A DNA stretch of 63,590 nucleotides, counting the filler, from Octopus bimaculoides (lineage: Eukaryota): the NCBI RefSeq assembly GCF_001194135.2. It is 9 parts of 9 records of this genome, joined end to end, with 100 filler letters (N's around TTAATTAATTAA, not from the genome) between each part and the next. Parts side by side here need not be neighbours in the genome. Positions count along the whole stretch, not along the records: positions 29,752 to 53,029 come from NC_068981.1; 8 more parts are not named here. The stretch is one strand, 5' to 3'. The notes beneath the pieces are model-generated. The model was not told where the DNA came from. It saw nothing but the letters and a program-made list of their open reading frames with translations, and did no database searches. Of this stretch, positions 37,073 to 48,800 are shown one piece after another. How positions within the stretch are numbered: position 1 is the first letter of the stretch; each line of letters opens with the position of its first letter. The position numbers and the translations under genes were made by a program.

Positions 37073-39450
37073 CTGTGAAGTTATTACGTGAGTTTGTGTT
37101 GGAGTGTTTATCGAATTGTTGCCATTGTTGATTGAATTGTTTGAATTGTTGCCGTTGTTCATTCGTTAATTGTTGTTTTGTTTCCCATTGTGGGAAAATG
37201 GAGAAGGCACCGGAAGCAGGCCCAAGTTATGCGGCCGCAACGGGCAAAAGAGTAGACGCGCGCGAGTTGGAGGTCCGCGAGATAAAAGTGGAGCCTAGAA
37301 AGATGAAGGAGAGTGAGAAATTGATCACAAAGGAAGGAAACATTTTGAAGCTGACACCACCTGAAGAGCTATCGGCCAACGTGACAGAAAAAGAACGGTT
37401 GTATTTAAAACCATGAAGGCAGCCACGAGAAAGATAGAAATTGCACCAACAGAGGCCATAGAGGAATGTGTTAAAAATATAAAAAGATTCACAACATACA
37501 TTACGAGAAGAAGATACGCCACTCTGGAGGTGCTCTTCACAACGGAGGAGGAAGCAATAAAGTACTCCACAGAGGCAGTAAGGACAGAGGAATGGGTGCT
37601 CTTGCCTTCGTACGCAAACGTGTGGCCAAAGTGCGAGTGGAAAAGGTACCACCCGAATTGAAAGAAGAATGACTGATGACAGCCACAACGTATAATATGA
37701 AAGACGGGAAGATTCTGAAGGCTACAAGGATCCAGAAGGTAGATTACTAGGGATATGGGATCGAATTAACGATTCAGGCAACAACAGAGGATTTGAACAG
37801 TGTGGTGAAGGAGATTGTGCTGCCAGAAGATGTGAGACTGAGAGTTACTGTGGAGGGTAGGCCGCCAGTGTGTTTCACATGTGGAAAAAGGGGCCAAAAG
37901 AAAGAAAAATCGAGCGAGTAAGCGAGGAGAAAGTAGAGAAATGTTTAAAGCCCATCTGGCAGAATATCACATATCTAACCAAAGGGAAGAAGTTCGGTAC
38001 CATCGAAGTACACCTATAAAAGGAAAATGTTTGGTACCATCGAAGAACACATAAAAGACATTGAAACTGCACAATTGCACTCAGTGAAATCCTTGGAAAC
38101 AGAAGATGTAATTTCAATACCGATATACATGGGTATGAGGACAGCCAAAATACGAATATCAAAGTTCCCTCCTCAAGTCGACCCTATGTGGTTGATGGCG
38201 GCAGACCTGTCAGAAAGAGTTGATGAGATAAAAATACTTCAGGCTATCATCTCAGTAAAAGCAAATTGGCCCGACCACACGGTCCACCTGTTTATTCAAA
38301 CAGAAGAAGCTGTATTGGAACAGCTTGCAGAAAAAAATAGTTGGGGAGGAGTTCCTCAACGTTTTTGTCGAGGGACGTAAACCCCGATGTTTTCAGTGTG
38401 GCCAGCTAAGCCATATAAAAAAATACTGTAAGGAAGGCGAGGAGGAATCTGAAGATGAGGAGAAAGAAAAAGACACAGAAAAGAAAGTTACTAGCAAAAG
38501 AAAAAGGGAAAATGTAAACCAACCAAAACAAATAGAACCACGATAAAAAAAAACAACAAAAAGAGTCCAACCAAAAATAACAAGGAAAGAAGTAGTGGAC
38601 ATAGAAATTGTGGCACTGCATAGTAAAAATGAGGATTTAATGAGAGAGATAAAAACAAAACAAATCAGCCACCAGGACAGCAGAACTGTCGGGACAAATA
38701 CAAAAATTATGAACTATATTAAATGGACAAAAAGACTCATAATATTTTATTATACACTTATAGAAAGTCTGTGTCGGTAATGAGACTGGATTTTAACCAA
38801 TCTATTTTCCAAGACCTGCCACCTCCAACCCTGTATCAAGAAATGGTGGAGGGTCCCTCTCCGCCGGACAGCCCAGATTAACAGGTAACTCATGTCTATT
38901 CACATTGGTTGTGTAAGTGTTCGTGGCCTGATGTCTAACTGGAAACAAGGACGCTTTCTAAATGACATCAGGAGAAGAAAATTGGATGTGATTGTTGCAA
39001 CGGAAACCCGGGTAAAGGAGCTAAGAGATCTGCTCCCCCTCCTGAACAACTATGAGAAATATGTTTCTCCGAGTCGGGAGTGAAGTGGGGGTGTTGGTTC
39101 TACTAAAAAGAAACCAGGTAGTCGAGAAAAAGTTGTTTATTTTTCTGACCCAGAAGGCAGGTTGGTCGTTCTTGACCTGACATTTCAGTTGTGGCAAGAT
39201 AATCAGGCTAGTCGCTATTTATGCACCCAACATTATGGGCCCACAAAGTGAATATTTTCGTGACCTGGTCAAGTTTCTGGCCACGTCACATTCGCTAGTA
39301 TTGTTAGGAGATTTTAACACAATATGTGACGCACGCACAGATTGTGTTGGCTCGAACAAGAACAGAAAATGTAACCCAGGCTTACGGGATCTGCTAAGTC
39401 ACTTTCAGCTAGCAGATCCATATAGGTATATAAGTCCATAGCCGAATGAT
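37073..39450 (+). mobile_element. Tx1/L1-clade LINE 5' half: ORF1 (RRM-like plus CCHC knuckle) and ORF2 APE endonuclease start, frameshifted
   Basis: ORF1 from ATG 37198 with VEGRKPRCFQCGQLSHIKKYC; ORF2 from 38892 MSIHIGCVSVRGL..LDVIVATETR..LVLLGDFN..LADPYR (APE motifs). Confidence 0.85.
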
Positions 39451-39566
39451 GGTAATAAAGACAACCTTAATGATTCTACAGTTCTATATTTAAGAGATGA
39501 GGAATTATTAACATTATTTACATTATTTACATTTGACGGATATTTGTCCTCATCTTGTTTGTTGTT

Positions 39567-39612
39567 AACACAACGTTTCGGCTGATATACCCTCCAGCCT
39601 TCGTCAGGTGTC
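39567..39612 (-). ncRNA. Minimal type-I hammerhead ribozyme, family H1
   Basis: gacac-CTGACGA-a-ggctg-(10 nt)-cagcc-GAAA-CG-TT-gtgtt; complete core. Confidence 0.85.
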
Positions 39613-39688
39613 TTGGGGAAATTTCGAACCTGGGTTCTCATTCCTAACGATGTTACTAGTATTATATTATACGGGTATTATATTATAC

Positions 39689-39764
39689 GGGCATATGGCG
39701 TAGTGGTTAAGAGCGCGGGCTACTAACCCCAAGGTTCCGAGTTCGATTCACGGCAGCGACCTGA
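39689..39764 (+). ncRNA. tRNA-derived Pol III head (A and B boxes) of element H1
   Basis: A-box TGGCGTAGTGG, anticodon-like arm ggg-CTACTAA-ccc, B-box GAGTTCGATTC; no complete acceptor stem; second copy at 42922-42996. Confidence 0.8.
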
Positions 39765-39849
39765 TTAATAATAGTAATAATAATAATAATAATAATATAA
39801 TACTAGTAACATCGTTAGGAATGAGAACCCAGGTTCGAAATTTCCCCAA

Positions 39850-39895
39850 AACACCTGACGAAGGCTGGAGGGTATATCAGCCGAAACGTTGTGTT
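39850..39895 (+). ncRNA. Minimal type-I hammerhead ribozyme, family H1
   Basis: aacac-CTGACGA-a-ggctg-gagggtatat-cagcc-GAAA-CG-TT-gtgtt; predicted cleavage after GUU at 39890. Confidence 0.85.
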
Positions 39896-40169
39896 AACAA
39901 CAAACAAGATGAGGACAAATATCCGTCAAATGTAAATAATGTAAATAATGTTAACTTAATGATTCTGATAAAATGTTGATCACCATAAGCTTTGTCATTG
40001 CACAGTCATCGCACTAAGTTTTAAGCTTATATAAAAATGCTATTATTATCATTTACAGGATTGTAAACTCGGTGCCATATAAAACAAATATTCGCACCGA
40101 AAGCATATAGAAAATTTGCTTACATAAAAACAAATACGAACTATTATAGTTCTTAAATTTCACAGAAAT

Positions 40170-40415
40170 GGGGTGGTTGATTCGCTGGTGTAAAGGTAAC
40201 ACTGTTAGTCGCGTTAACAAAGGGATGTTGGTTCGGCTCCCACGTGGATAGGAAAGTCTTCTTTTTTCTGTCGAGGGCTTATATGCCCCTTTATTAGACT
40301 ATTTTCTTTAGTCATTGTATGTGATTGCCACAAGCTTTAAGCTCATACAAAAATACCATTATTAATATTTACAGGATTGTAAACTCGGCACCGTATAAAA
40401 AAAAAACCATTCGTA
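40170..40415 (+). mobile_element. tRNA-derived SINE family D (second fragment at 39985-40100)
   Basis: ctggtgtaaaggt A-box-like, ggttcggctccc B-box-like, body ttttttctgtcgaggg..tttacaggattgtaaactcggcaccgtata shared with 28258-28425. Confidence 0.7.
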
Positions 40416-42504
40416 CTGAAATAATAACGGTATCATTAATGATAATGTTAATGATAGTGTGGTATCATAATGCTGCTATTGCTATTCTTGTTATTGATGG
40501 TGTTGGAGGCGATACAACACTGCAATCTTGGTGGTGGTGGTGGTGGTGTTTGTCGTGGTGCTGGTGTTTGTATTGGCGGTCGTGGCGTTGGCGTTGGCGG
40601 TAGTGGCGACGGTGGTGATGTTAGTGGTTGCTGTTGTTGTTGGTTGTTGGTGGTGGAAGTAGTTGTGGTGAAGTTGATGATGGTAAAGCCTAGACATCTG
40701 CTTCCCGATTCATGATATCCACAACGCCCATTATTGTCCGTTCCAATTTCCACTTCATCCAGAGTTAACGGATGCAACTTGTGCTACTATGTCAAACACA
40801 TCACCTTTACCAATCTTCACTTCCACTCCTAAGCCCACCAACAAATTTTAAGTCGTCCGCTATCACAATAATTCCCTTCTAACAAAACATTTTGGAACCG
40901 CGCCATCCCTTGTAGTAACAGACAAGAGTAAAATGTAAAGGAATAAATAAATAAATAAATAAATAAATAATAAATAACAAATATGAGAAGATTGATGATA
41001 ATGATGATGATGAATATGCTACTGCTGCTGCTGCTACTACTGATAATGATGATGATGATGATGATGATAAAAAGAATAATAATATTAATCTACATCAATA
41101 AACAAAATCCTCAATAACAAAACGTGTACGTGTGTGTACATATATGTATGTATATATGTATGTATACAAATATACATGTTTGTGTATGTAACTATATAAA
41201 AACATATATATGTACATATATNNNNNNNNNNNNNNNNNNNNNNNNNNNNNNNNNNNNNNNNNNNNNNNNNNNNNNNNNNNNNNNNNNNNNNNNNNNNNNN
41301 NNNNNNNNNNNNNNNNNNNNNNNNNNNNNNNNNNNNNNNNNNNNNNNNNNNNNNNNNNNNNNNNNNNNNNNNNNNNNNNNNNNNNNNNNNNNNNNNNNNN
41401 NNNNNNNNNNNNNNNNNNNNTATTCATATTTATTTGTGTGCATATATACATACAAACATACATATATATGTACTTACACATATCTGTGCGTATGTGTTAG
41501 TGCGCGCATGTGTAATTTAAGTGATAATCGTGTTTTTTTTTTGTTTTTCACGATGATGATGATGCCTATGGAAACTATAGTAACTGTGGTGATCATGATG
41601 ATGATGTTCATTTTTTTATATTTTTATGTAATTGTTTGCTGTTCATAGTTTTCTTTTCCTATGTCTGCTTGTCTAACTATTCTGTTGCACTTTTGTTTTG
41701 CTTTTTTTTTTTCGTCTTTTTATGAATTTATCGCTCAAGTGCTTTACAGATGTCGGTTTTAATATCAGCAACGTCTAGACACCGATTCTCATTGATGATG
41801 TGTGTTCTCGTACGTCTTACATGAATATTTGTTGTTTTGAAGGGCGCAGGTATAGAGGAAAAGTTACGAAATAAACGTCGTAATATTTCGTGATCAGTGA
41901 TTACGAAGCAGAATTCGTACCAAGATCTATCCCACGGTACGGCATCTAGTGAAAATATATATCATTCTTACCGTACTGATGATCATAAGTTTATGGATAT
42001 TTTTAATGAAGAAACAGCAAAACATTAACTTCTTTTATTTCAGCAATGTTTTAAATAAGAGCACTTTTGTTTTAAGGAAATTAAAATAATACCTTTCACG
42101 GAGTTATTTCAACGGCAAATGGTGTGAAACAGCTCTCGATGCGAATGTTGTGAATTCGTCTTTTTAAGATCTTACATAACTCAACATGTTAAGTTGATTA
42201 AAAATGCCATTATTTTAAAGAAACAAAGCTTAGGTAATCTATGTAACTGAATGATAGTCTCACTTGATCAAAGTAGAACACATCTCCGTACTTTATCGTT
42301 CTTTTGGTTTCCGAGTTGAAGTTAGTTTCAGTGGACGACAAAAAAAGATAAAAGAAGAAAAATTTGTTATGAAATATCGACTACAAGTTTTAATTCAATG
42401 AATTCTTTATATCAGTGATTAAAAGAGCACTTGATCCAACAAGGTAATCTCATAGCCGTCATCCAGCATGCTAGAAATATCAACCAAATCCCCTTAAAAA
42501 CCCA

Positions 42505-42870
42505 GTGTGGCTGAGTGGTAAGAAGATTCCTTACCAACCACACAGGTTCAGTACACTGCATGGTGTCTCCTACTATAGCCCCGGACCGACAACAACTTGT
42601 GAACGGATTTGGTTGAAGGAAACCGAAAGAAGCCTGTTGAATATATCTATTTGTGTATACCTTTTTTGTTAGTGTTTGTCCCCCCACCACCACCGCTTGA
42701 AACCGATGTTGTTTTGTTTACGTCTCTGTAAACATATCGGTTCAAACTAACAGTTCAATCAAATAAGTAGTAGGCTTAAAAGTACTGGGGCCAATTTGTT
42801 CGACTAAAACCTGAAAGAAGGTGTCCCAGCATGGCTGCAATCCAATGACTAAAGTAAGTAAAAAGAAAAG
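42505..42870 (+). mobile_element. SINE family A, near full length
   Basis: gtgtggctgagtggtaagaagattccttaccaaccacacaggttcagtacactgcatgg..ggaaaccgaaagaagcc..ccagcatggctgca..gtaaaaaga. Confidence 0.8.
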
Positions 42871-42921
42871 CAAAAGATAAAAGATATTACAATTCTATAT
42901 TTTCATTCCATAAGTGCCCAC

Positions 42922-43220
42922 GGGCATATGGTGTAATGGTTAAGAGCGTGGGCTACTAACTCCAAGATTCCGAGTTCGATTCCAGGCAGTGACTTGAATA
43001 ATAATAATAATAACAACAACATCGAAAAGTACCTTAAGTGCTTTACAGATGTCGGTTTTAATATCAGCAACGTCTAGACACCGATTCTCATTGATGATGT
43101 ATGTTCGAAATTTACCCAAGTCACTTGATGAAGGCCGGAGGGTATATCAGCCGAAACGTTGTGTTAACAATAAACAAGATGAGGACAAATATCCGTCAAA
43201 TGTAAATAATGTAAATAATA
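42922..43220 (+). mobile_element. Second copy of tRNA-headed HHR element H1 (degenerate ribozyme at 43120-43165)
   Basis: Same order: head, (AAT)n, aacatcg, gttcgaaattt, TTGATGA-a-ggccg..cagcc-GAAACGTT-gtgtt, tgtaaataatgtaaataat. Confidence 0.85.
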
Positions 43221-43899
43221 ATCAAAGATATTGTATTAAAAATGGAAGGATAATTTTCTATATACAACACATCCAGTCTGAAAAAAAAGCGAATAAAAGC
43301 ACGAAAGTGATAAAATGTGTTTTCAATCATAAACTTGTTCAATCAAGGCTGAGCTTGGGGATTGCAACGACATTCTACCATAATTAAAACTGATTTCAGT
43401 CCAGTAAATTTGTAGATCCGTCAAGAAATTAAACAAAATCTTTTAAAGAAATTAGATTTTTTTTTTGGCGTTCTGATTTACAAATCCATCATAGCCGACA
43501 TTTGCTCTTATCCTTGAAAGAGAATTACCAACAACAAGCATTGCAGTTAGTATCATTAAGTTTACCTTCTCCAAATTATTGGCATTACGGATATCTTTTA
43601 TCTCTTAACCTTTGCTAGTTTCAGCCACTGGACTGCAGCCATGCTAAGTTACGAGGATGTAAACGCTCAAACACCGGTTGTAAAGCACTTAGAGTGGGCA
43701 AACACAGGCACAGACAGACACACACACACACATATATGCACGCACAAAAATATATGTGTATATATATATAAGTGAGGTTGTGTGTGTGTAAAGCCGCATA
43801 AGTTCTAAAGTTAACAACTGATTTTCTCCAAACTGGGAACATACATTCATTTGTGTTCCAGAGATGGTTTTAGACTCTTAACATTTTTCACATAATAAG

Positions 43900-45085
43900 C
43901 AACGGGCCCTGTGGGAGCGGAAAATACTTTTTCCTGGGTTATGTTGAGAAGGTAGGTAACTCTTTGCGAAGTAACTTTCAAAAATTAATAGTGTACCTTG
44001 CATCCATTGGTCAAAAAATTATCACAATCTGAATTGGCTGTGTGAAAGAGCAAAAAAGAAAACACCGCTGCAAGTAAAATTAATGAGGAGCTGCTGCACT
44101 ACTTTCTTGGAAGTCCTCACATCTATGAGTCAGTCGATACAGTCCCAGAATTTCTCAATTCATTGGAGCCTCAGGACTACCTCCCCATAGACTGGAACTT
44201 AAAGTGGGAGCTCCAGTAATCTTATTGAGGAATTTGGATCCACCAAACACTCTGCAATGGGACATGCCTGGTGGTAAAGGAGATGATACCACCATTCTCT
44301 CTGGATATGGAAAAGAAGATGTTTTCATATCCAGGATTCCTCTCGTTCCATTGGGAGAAGAAATTCCTTTTTCTTTCAGAAGAGTGCAATTTCCTATTTG
44401 TATCAAATTTGCAATGTCTATCAATAGATCACAGGGTCAAAAACTGTATTTGATAGAACTTCACTTGGAAGAGTCATTCTTTTCACACGAGCAATTAAAC
44501 GTTGGCTGCTCTAAAGAGGGAAGCAAAAAAAGTCTATTTTCATTTTTTCCGCAAAAGAAAACAAAGAATATTGTATACCAAGAGGATTTGCAGGAATTAC
44601 TATATCCTACTATGTGCTCCAGTATCCAGTGCTCTTTGTGAATGGTGAAGATGGATACCATTTCGGCATAATGACAATAAACCCGAAGACTGCATCAACA
44701 AAGCCGTTTCCTGCATGGACTTCAGTATCAAAGCATACTCTCCAATTATTCTCACCAACCACGCGGTAAGCCTTTACGTTTTACTTTTACAAGTATTTCA
44801 TTACAATATTTTCTCATGTGACTGCATGGGTTCAGTTTATGTTTCTTATTCTACAGCCACATCAGCAATCTAATGTCAAGCCTTCTACTTCTGCAACATT
44901 TCAACAGTTCACTTCCCTGTTGCCATCTCACATTGCAGGTCATTTCCGGAAGGTAACCATTTAAGTACAATATCTCCATTACACCTACATTCATTCGAAT
45001 GTCAACCATACACACGTTTCAATATAACTGTAATATATATACAAACTATACCATTTTAATCTCGAGCAATGCCGGGTATCTCTGC

Positions 45086-45090
<5 letters not shown>
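43900..45090 (+). mobile_element. Helitron 3' fragment (PIF1-like helicase C-terminus, pseudogenised)
   Basis: EFLNSLEP.GLPPHRLELKVGAPVILLRNLDPP..RVQFPICIKFAMSINRSQGQ..FSHEQLNVGCS..TKNIVYQE; terminus cgagcaatgccgggtatctctgCTAAt resembles a Helitron CTRR end. Confidence 0.9.
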
Positions 45091-45135
<45 letters not shown>

Positions 45136-46470
45136 TATATACATACATACATACATACATGCATACATACATACATACATACATACATACATACATACAT
45201 ACAAACTAACATTTTTATGGCACGGCACATTTGAATGAGAACTCAGAACATATTTCTGTATTATTCTGATTTCATCAATTAAACAGCATTCATTATTCTT
45301 GCCGAAATAGTCATAAGTGAATCACTATGTAAATATGCAACATTTAAATTCATTTGTATAGGAATATCGAATTCTTAATGGAATAAATACTATAGAAACA
45401 GTCTTAATAGCATTTGTTTCATTGGAGACGAGATATTTATGAGAAATAATATTAGCGGCAACAATTACATAATATTACCCAATCTAACATCAATGAATGT
45501 ATTCCATCAGTACCAAAGACTTTGCTCCATGGAGCATTAAATTTCAACAAAAGATTTAGATATAAAAACGTACGAAGCGATTAGCTAAAGCTTTATAAGC
45601 AAAGGGAATTATTTTTGTAGACGTGATAGGAGTGAACATAGCGTATACTAGGCAGAAAGTATTGAGCTATTGGCCTTTATACTTTACATGTATTAAAAGA
45701 CATGATTAAATATATAAAATGTCTAATTTTAAGACGATGGATTAATAATTAATTAGTCAACGAAAGCGCAAATGTTAAACAGATTCCGAAAATATTACCG
45801 TCAATTATCTTAAGACTTTAACCTTAAAATTACGGTTGACGCAAAATTACGTACCGTAATTGTTTAGACGTGACCCTTGTTCTAGAATCAAACAATTACT
45901 CAACCATCAAAAAAGTAAAACTTTCACTATATAGAAACTGATAACTCACCTGCCATTTTCAATAATTTAACAAAAAAATAATAGTATAATACATTTTGTA
46001 TTTCATCCGTTATATTGTCCTTCAACAAAATAGTTTATTATAAAGAGGTTTTGAAAAGAAGTAGTGTCAAAGATAGATATGTTATTTACTATTCATTCTC
46101 AGATAGAAACTGTACAAAGTTTTAGTTCCATGCCCTATTCTTTCTGAATGTAAGCTAATCCATCACTAGATATAGTTTCTGATTATTAGTCAGACACTTC
46201 TAAAAGAATCATGTATATTGCGAAATTGTTCATAGAATTTACATTCATTTGCTCTATAAAGCCATATAAATAGCAAATATCAATAGAAGTCTTAAATATA
46301 AAATTCATCTTCAACTCAGTGTAAAATGTTAATGTCCATTTGTCACTACAAATGAAAATATGTTAAAATATTTTAAATCACACAATGATTGTGTGTAACC
46401 ATATATATATATATATANNNNNNNNNNNNNNNNNAGAGAGACAGACAGACAGACAGACAGGCAGGCAGGC

Positions 46471-46516
<46 letters not shown>

Positions 46517-47059
46517 GTAATGTGTGTGCGTATGTGTATCTGTTTGGCTGTGTGTGTATATATGTGAAACCGTGAATATGTATTCAAAATTTTGAGAATT
46601 TTGTGTGAATAAATGTGTAAACGTGTACGTAAAACAGTCCGACGCATGCGTGCCTATACATAATTGAATTGCTCCAGCATGGCCGCAGTCAAATGACTGA
46701 AGCAAGTAAAAGAATAAAAGAATATCAACCAACCAACCAACTCGTCCTTAGTCGAAAGACACCTGTTGTTGATGTCCTGTTATTTGCATTTGTATTTGTG
46801 TACCATTTCTCCGTTTTTTTCCGTCCTTGTTTTCGTATACATTCGCTGCTTTCTTCCAAGGAATCTAGTGCTCTTAGCTTAGTATTTCCTTGGGGCTGGC
46901 CAGATTGGAGCAATCTCGAGTATAACCAGCCGAAATTGCAAAGATGATCTGTAATTCGACTGGGGAAAGAATACTCCAAATGACCCGTCCTTGTTTTTTG
47001 CTTGTCCCGTTTTTGTATCATCTAATGTCCCATTTTTTCTATTCCTTTTTATATCTTTA

Positions 47060-47092
<33 letters not shown>

Positions 47093-47427
47093 CAAAATTT
47101 TTTACTAAACGATCCCAAACTACTTCTTCGCATATATCATTATGGATGTTATACAGTACATATATCCTATCCCCGTGAAATATCAACGAAATGTTTGAAA
47201 AGTAAAACCAATTGCCACATCCTAAACGCTTTCATTCATACACTCCCATCAACAAAAGCCATCAATCTCATCCTCATCTATCTTCAACCACCTCCTCACG
47301 GCATGCTAACTTCGACAGTAATCTCATGTGTCGTGTTTTTTTCTGAAAGACTGTCATAAACAGATAAGAAAGGAATAAGGGAAAAGAATAGAATAAGGAA
47401 AGTTTCGACGGTTCAATTAATAATAGC

Positions 47428-47477
<50 letters not shown>

Positions 47478-48429
47478 TAATAATAATAAACACTATTTGC
47501 TTGTTGTAACCAACAAACTAAACTTTCAGAGCACCACGTCACCTCGCAGTCCCTAACACCTCCGCCTAGCCTCACTCTCTTTTAACCCATCGTATCGACC
47601 CCTACCGCTGTTTGTTACCCCCTGGTGGATATGACATGTAAAACAATATAATCCATTCAGACACGTTTTCTCTTTTACTCTCTCACACGTAGCCACAGGA
47701 TCGTCCCATCGGTTCTTTATCGTAGCTCGTTTTGCTGTGTTATTTGTTCATGATTTTTGTTCTCGCTCTCTTATTTTAAGTGTTTGCTGTCGTTTTATTT
47801 TACATACAATTTTCTTTGCTTGTAGTTGTCTCTTACACACGCTATATATGAATGTGACAAATTGGGAGACGGTCGGATAGATGGACTTACAGGTATGTAG
47901 GAAAAGGTAGGCAAGTAGTTTGATACTTAGTTAAGTAGGTGGGTTTATATATAAGTATATATTTCATATATAAAAAAGGAGCAGGCAGTCCGAGGCAGGT
48001 AGTAATGGAATACGTGGGCAAAAAAAAAACACATTAAAAAAAAGAAAAATTCACAAAACTAGAAGTGTGTATGTACTGCAAGATGAGATGATTTCAGAAC
48101 ACTTCTCCGCTCTTCGTGTCACTCCAGTTAAAGATAGAAAGTATGTTGTAAGGCAGGAAAGTAAAGTTGATATATCGATCAGATACATGTACAGATACAT
48201 GTAGCTACTTGTTAAAATTTCAGTGCGTGATTGACTCATAAGGCATAAGATTTCGAGGAGAAAAATTAAAGATTGCATTTTCACAGTGTGTAGAACGTTT
48301 TGTAGTTTTTCAAATTAGACACCTTAGAGTATGTGAACTAAATCCGACAGTTAAAAGATAACAGCTCCTGACCCGTGCGACACTAACCAAGGCATTAAGA
48401 AGTGAACTGCTTATATCTATAACATTTTG

Positions 48430-48800
48430 TGAATATTGAACTGTAAGCACAAGAAAGACCAAATATAGGTTAACAATGGACACAAATACATAACAGATTT
48501 TGAATATGAAATTGCCCACTATATGTTAGAAGTGTAAGAAACACAGGTATAACTTCCAACTGAAGTTCAACTTAGATATAAAGACACGAAGAAAATTCAA
48601 CAGGATATTGATACATATATGCCGATAAAACTAAAAATCATGCAATAAATAAATAAGGACGCCTACAATAAACTTCAACAGAAACCTTACTTAATCTGAG
48701 TATTTCACAACTCAACCGTTACATTTAAACCATACACAAATAGATTCCGAAACAAAATCATCTCGGACATAAAATCAATGATCCACATATTTAATACAAC
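48430..48800 (+). mobile_element. Decayed Penelope-like retroelement N-terminal RT region
   Basis: FEYEIAHY..NFQLKFNLDIK..ADKTKN..DAYNKL across frameshifts; ADKTxN is typical of Penelope/Poseidon ORFs. Confidence 0.5.

Larger units (their letters stand above)
39466..39966. mobile_element. Inverted-repeat insertion of tRNA-headed, HHR-bearing element H1 with 12-bp target duplication
   Basis: Arms 39508-39670 and 39792-39954 (163 bp, 1 mismatch); cttaatgattct at 39466-39477 and 39955-39966; tRNA-like head in the spacer. Confidence 0.85.

Noticed and set aside
39689-39764. Functional tRNA gene (anticodon ACT)
   Set aside because: No complete acceptor stem and followed by a repeat body in both copies; a SINE head
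40325-40777. Gly/Pro/Gln/Thr-rich ORFs on both strands
   Set aside because: Mixed GGT/GTT/GGC triplet repeats; no recognisable domain
46880-46945. ggctgg..ccagcc-GAAA resembling HHR helix II
   Set aside because: No CUGANGA core upstream and no NUH or helix I
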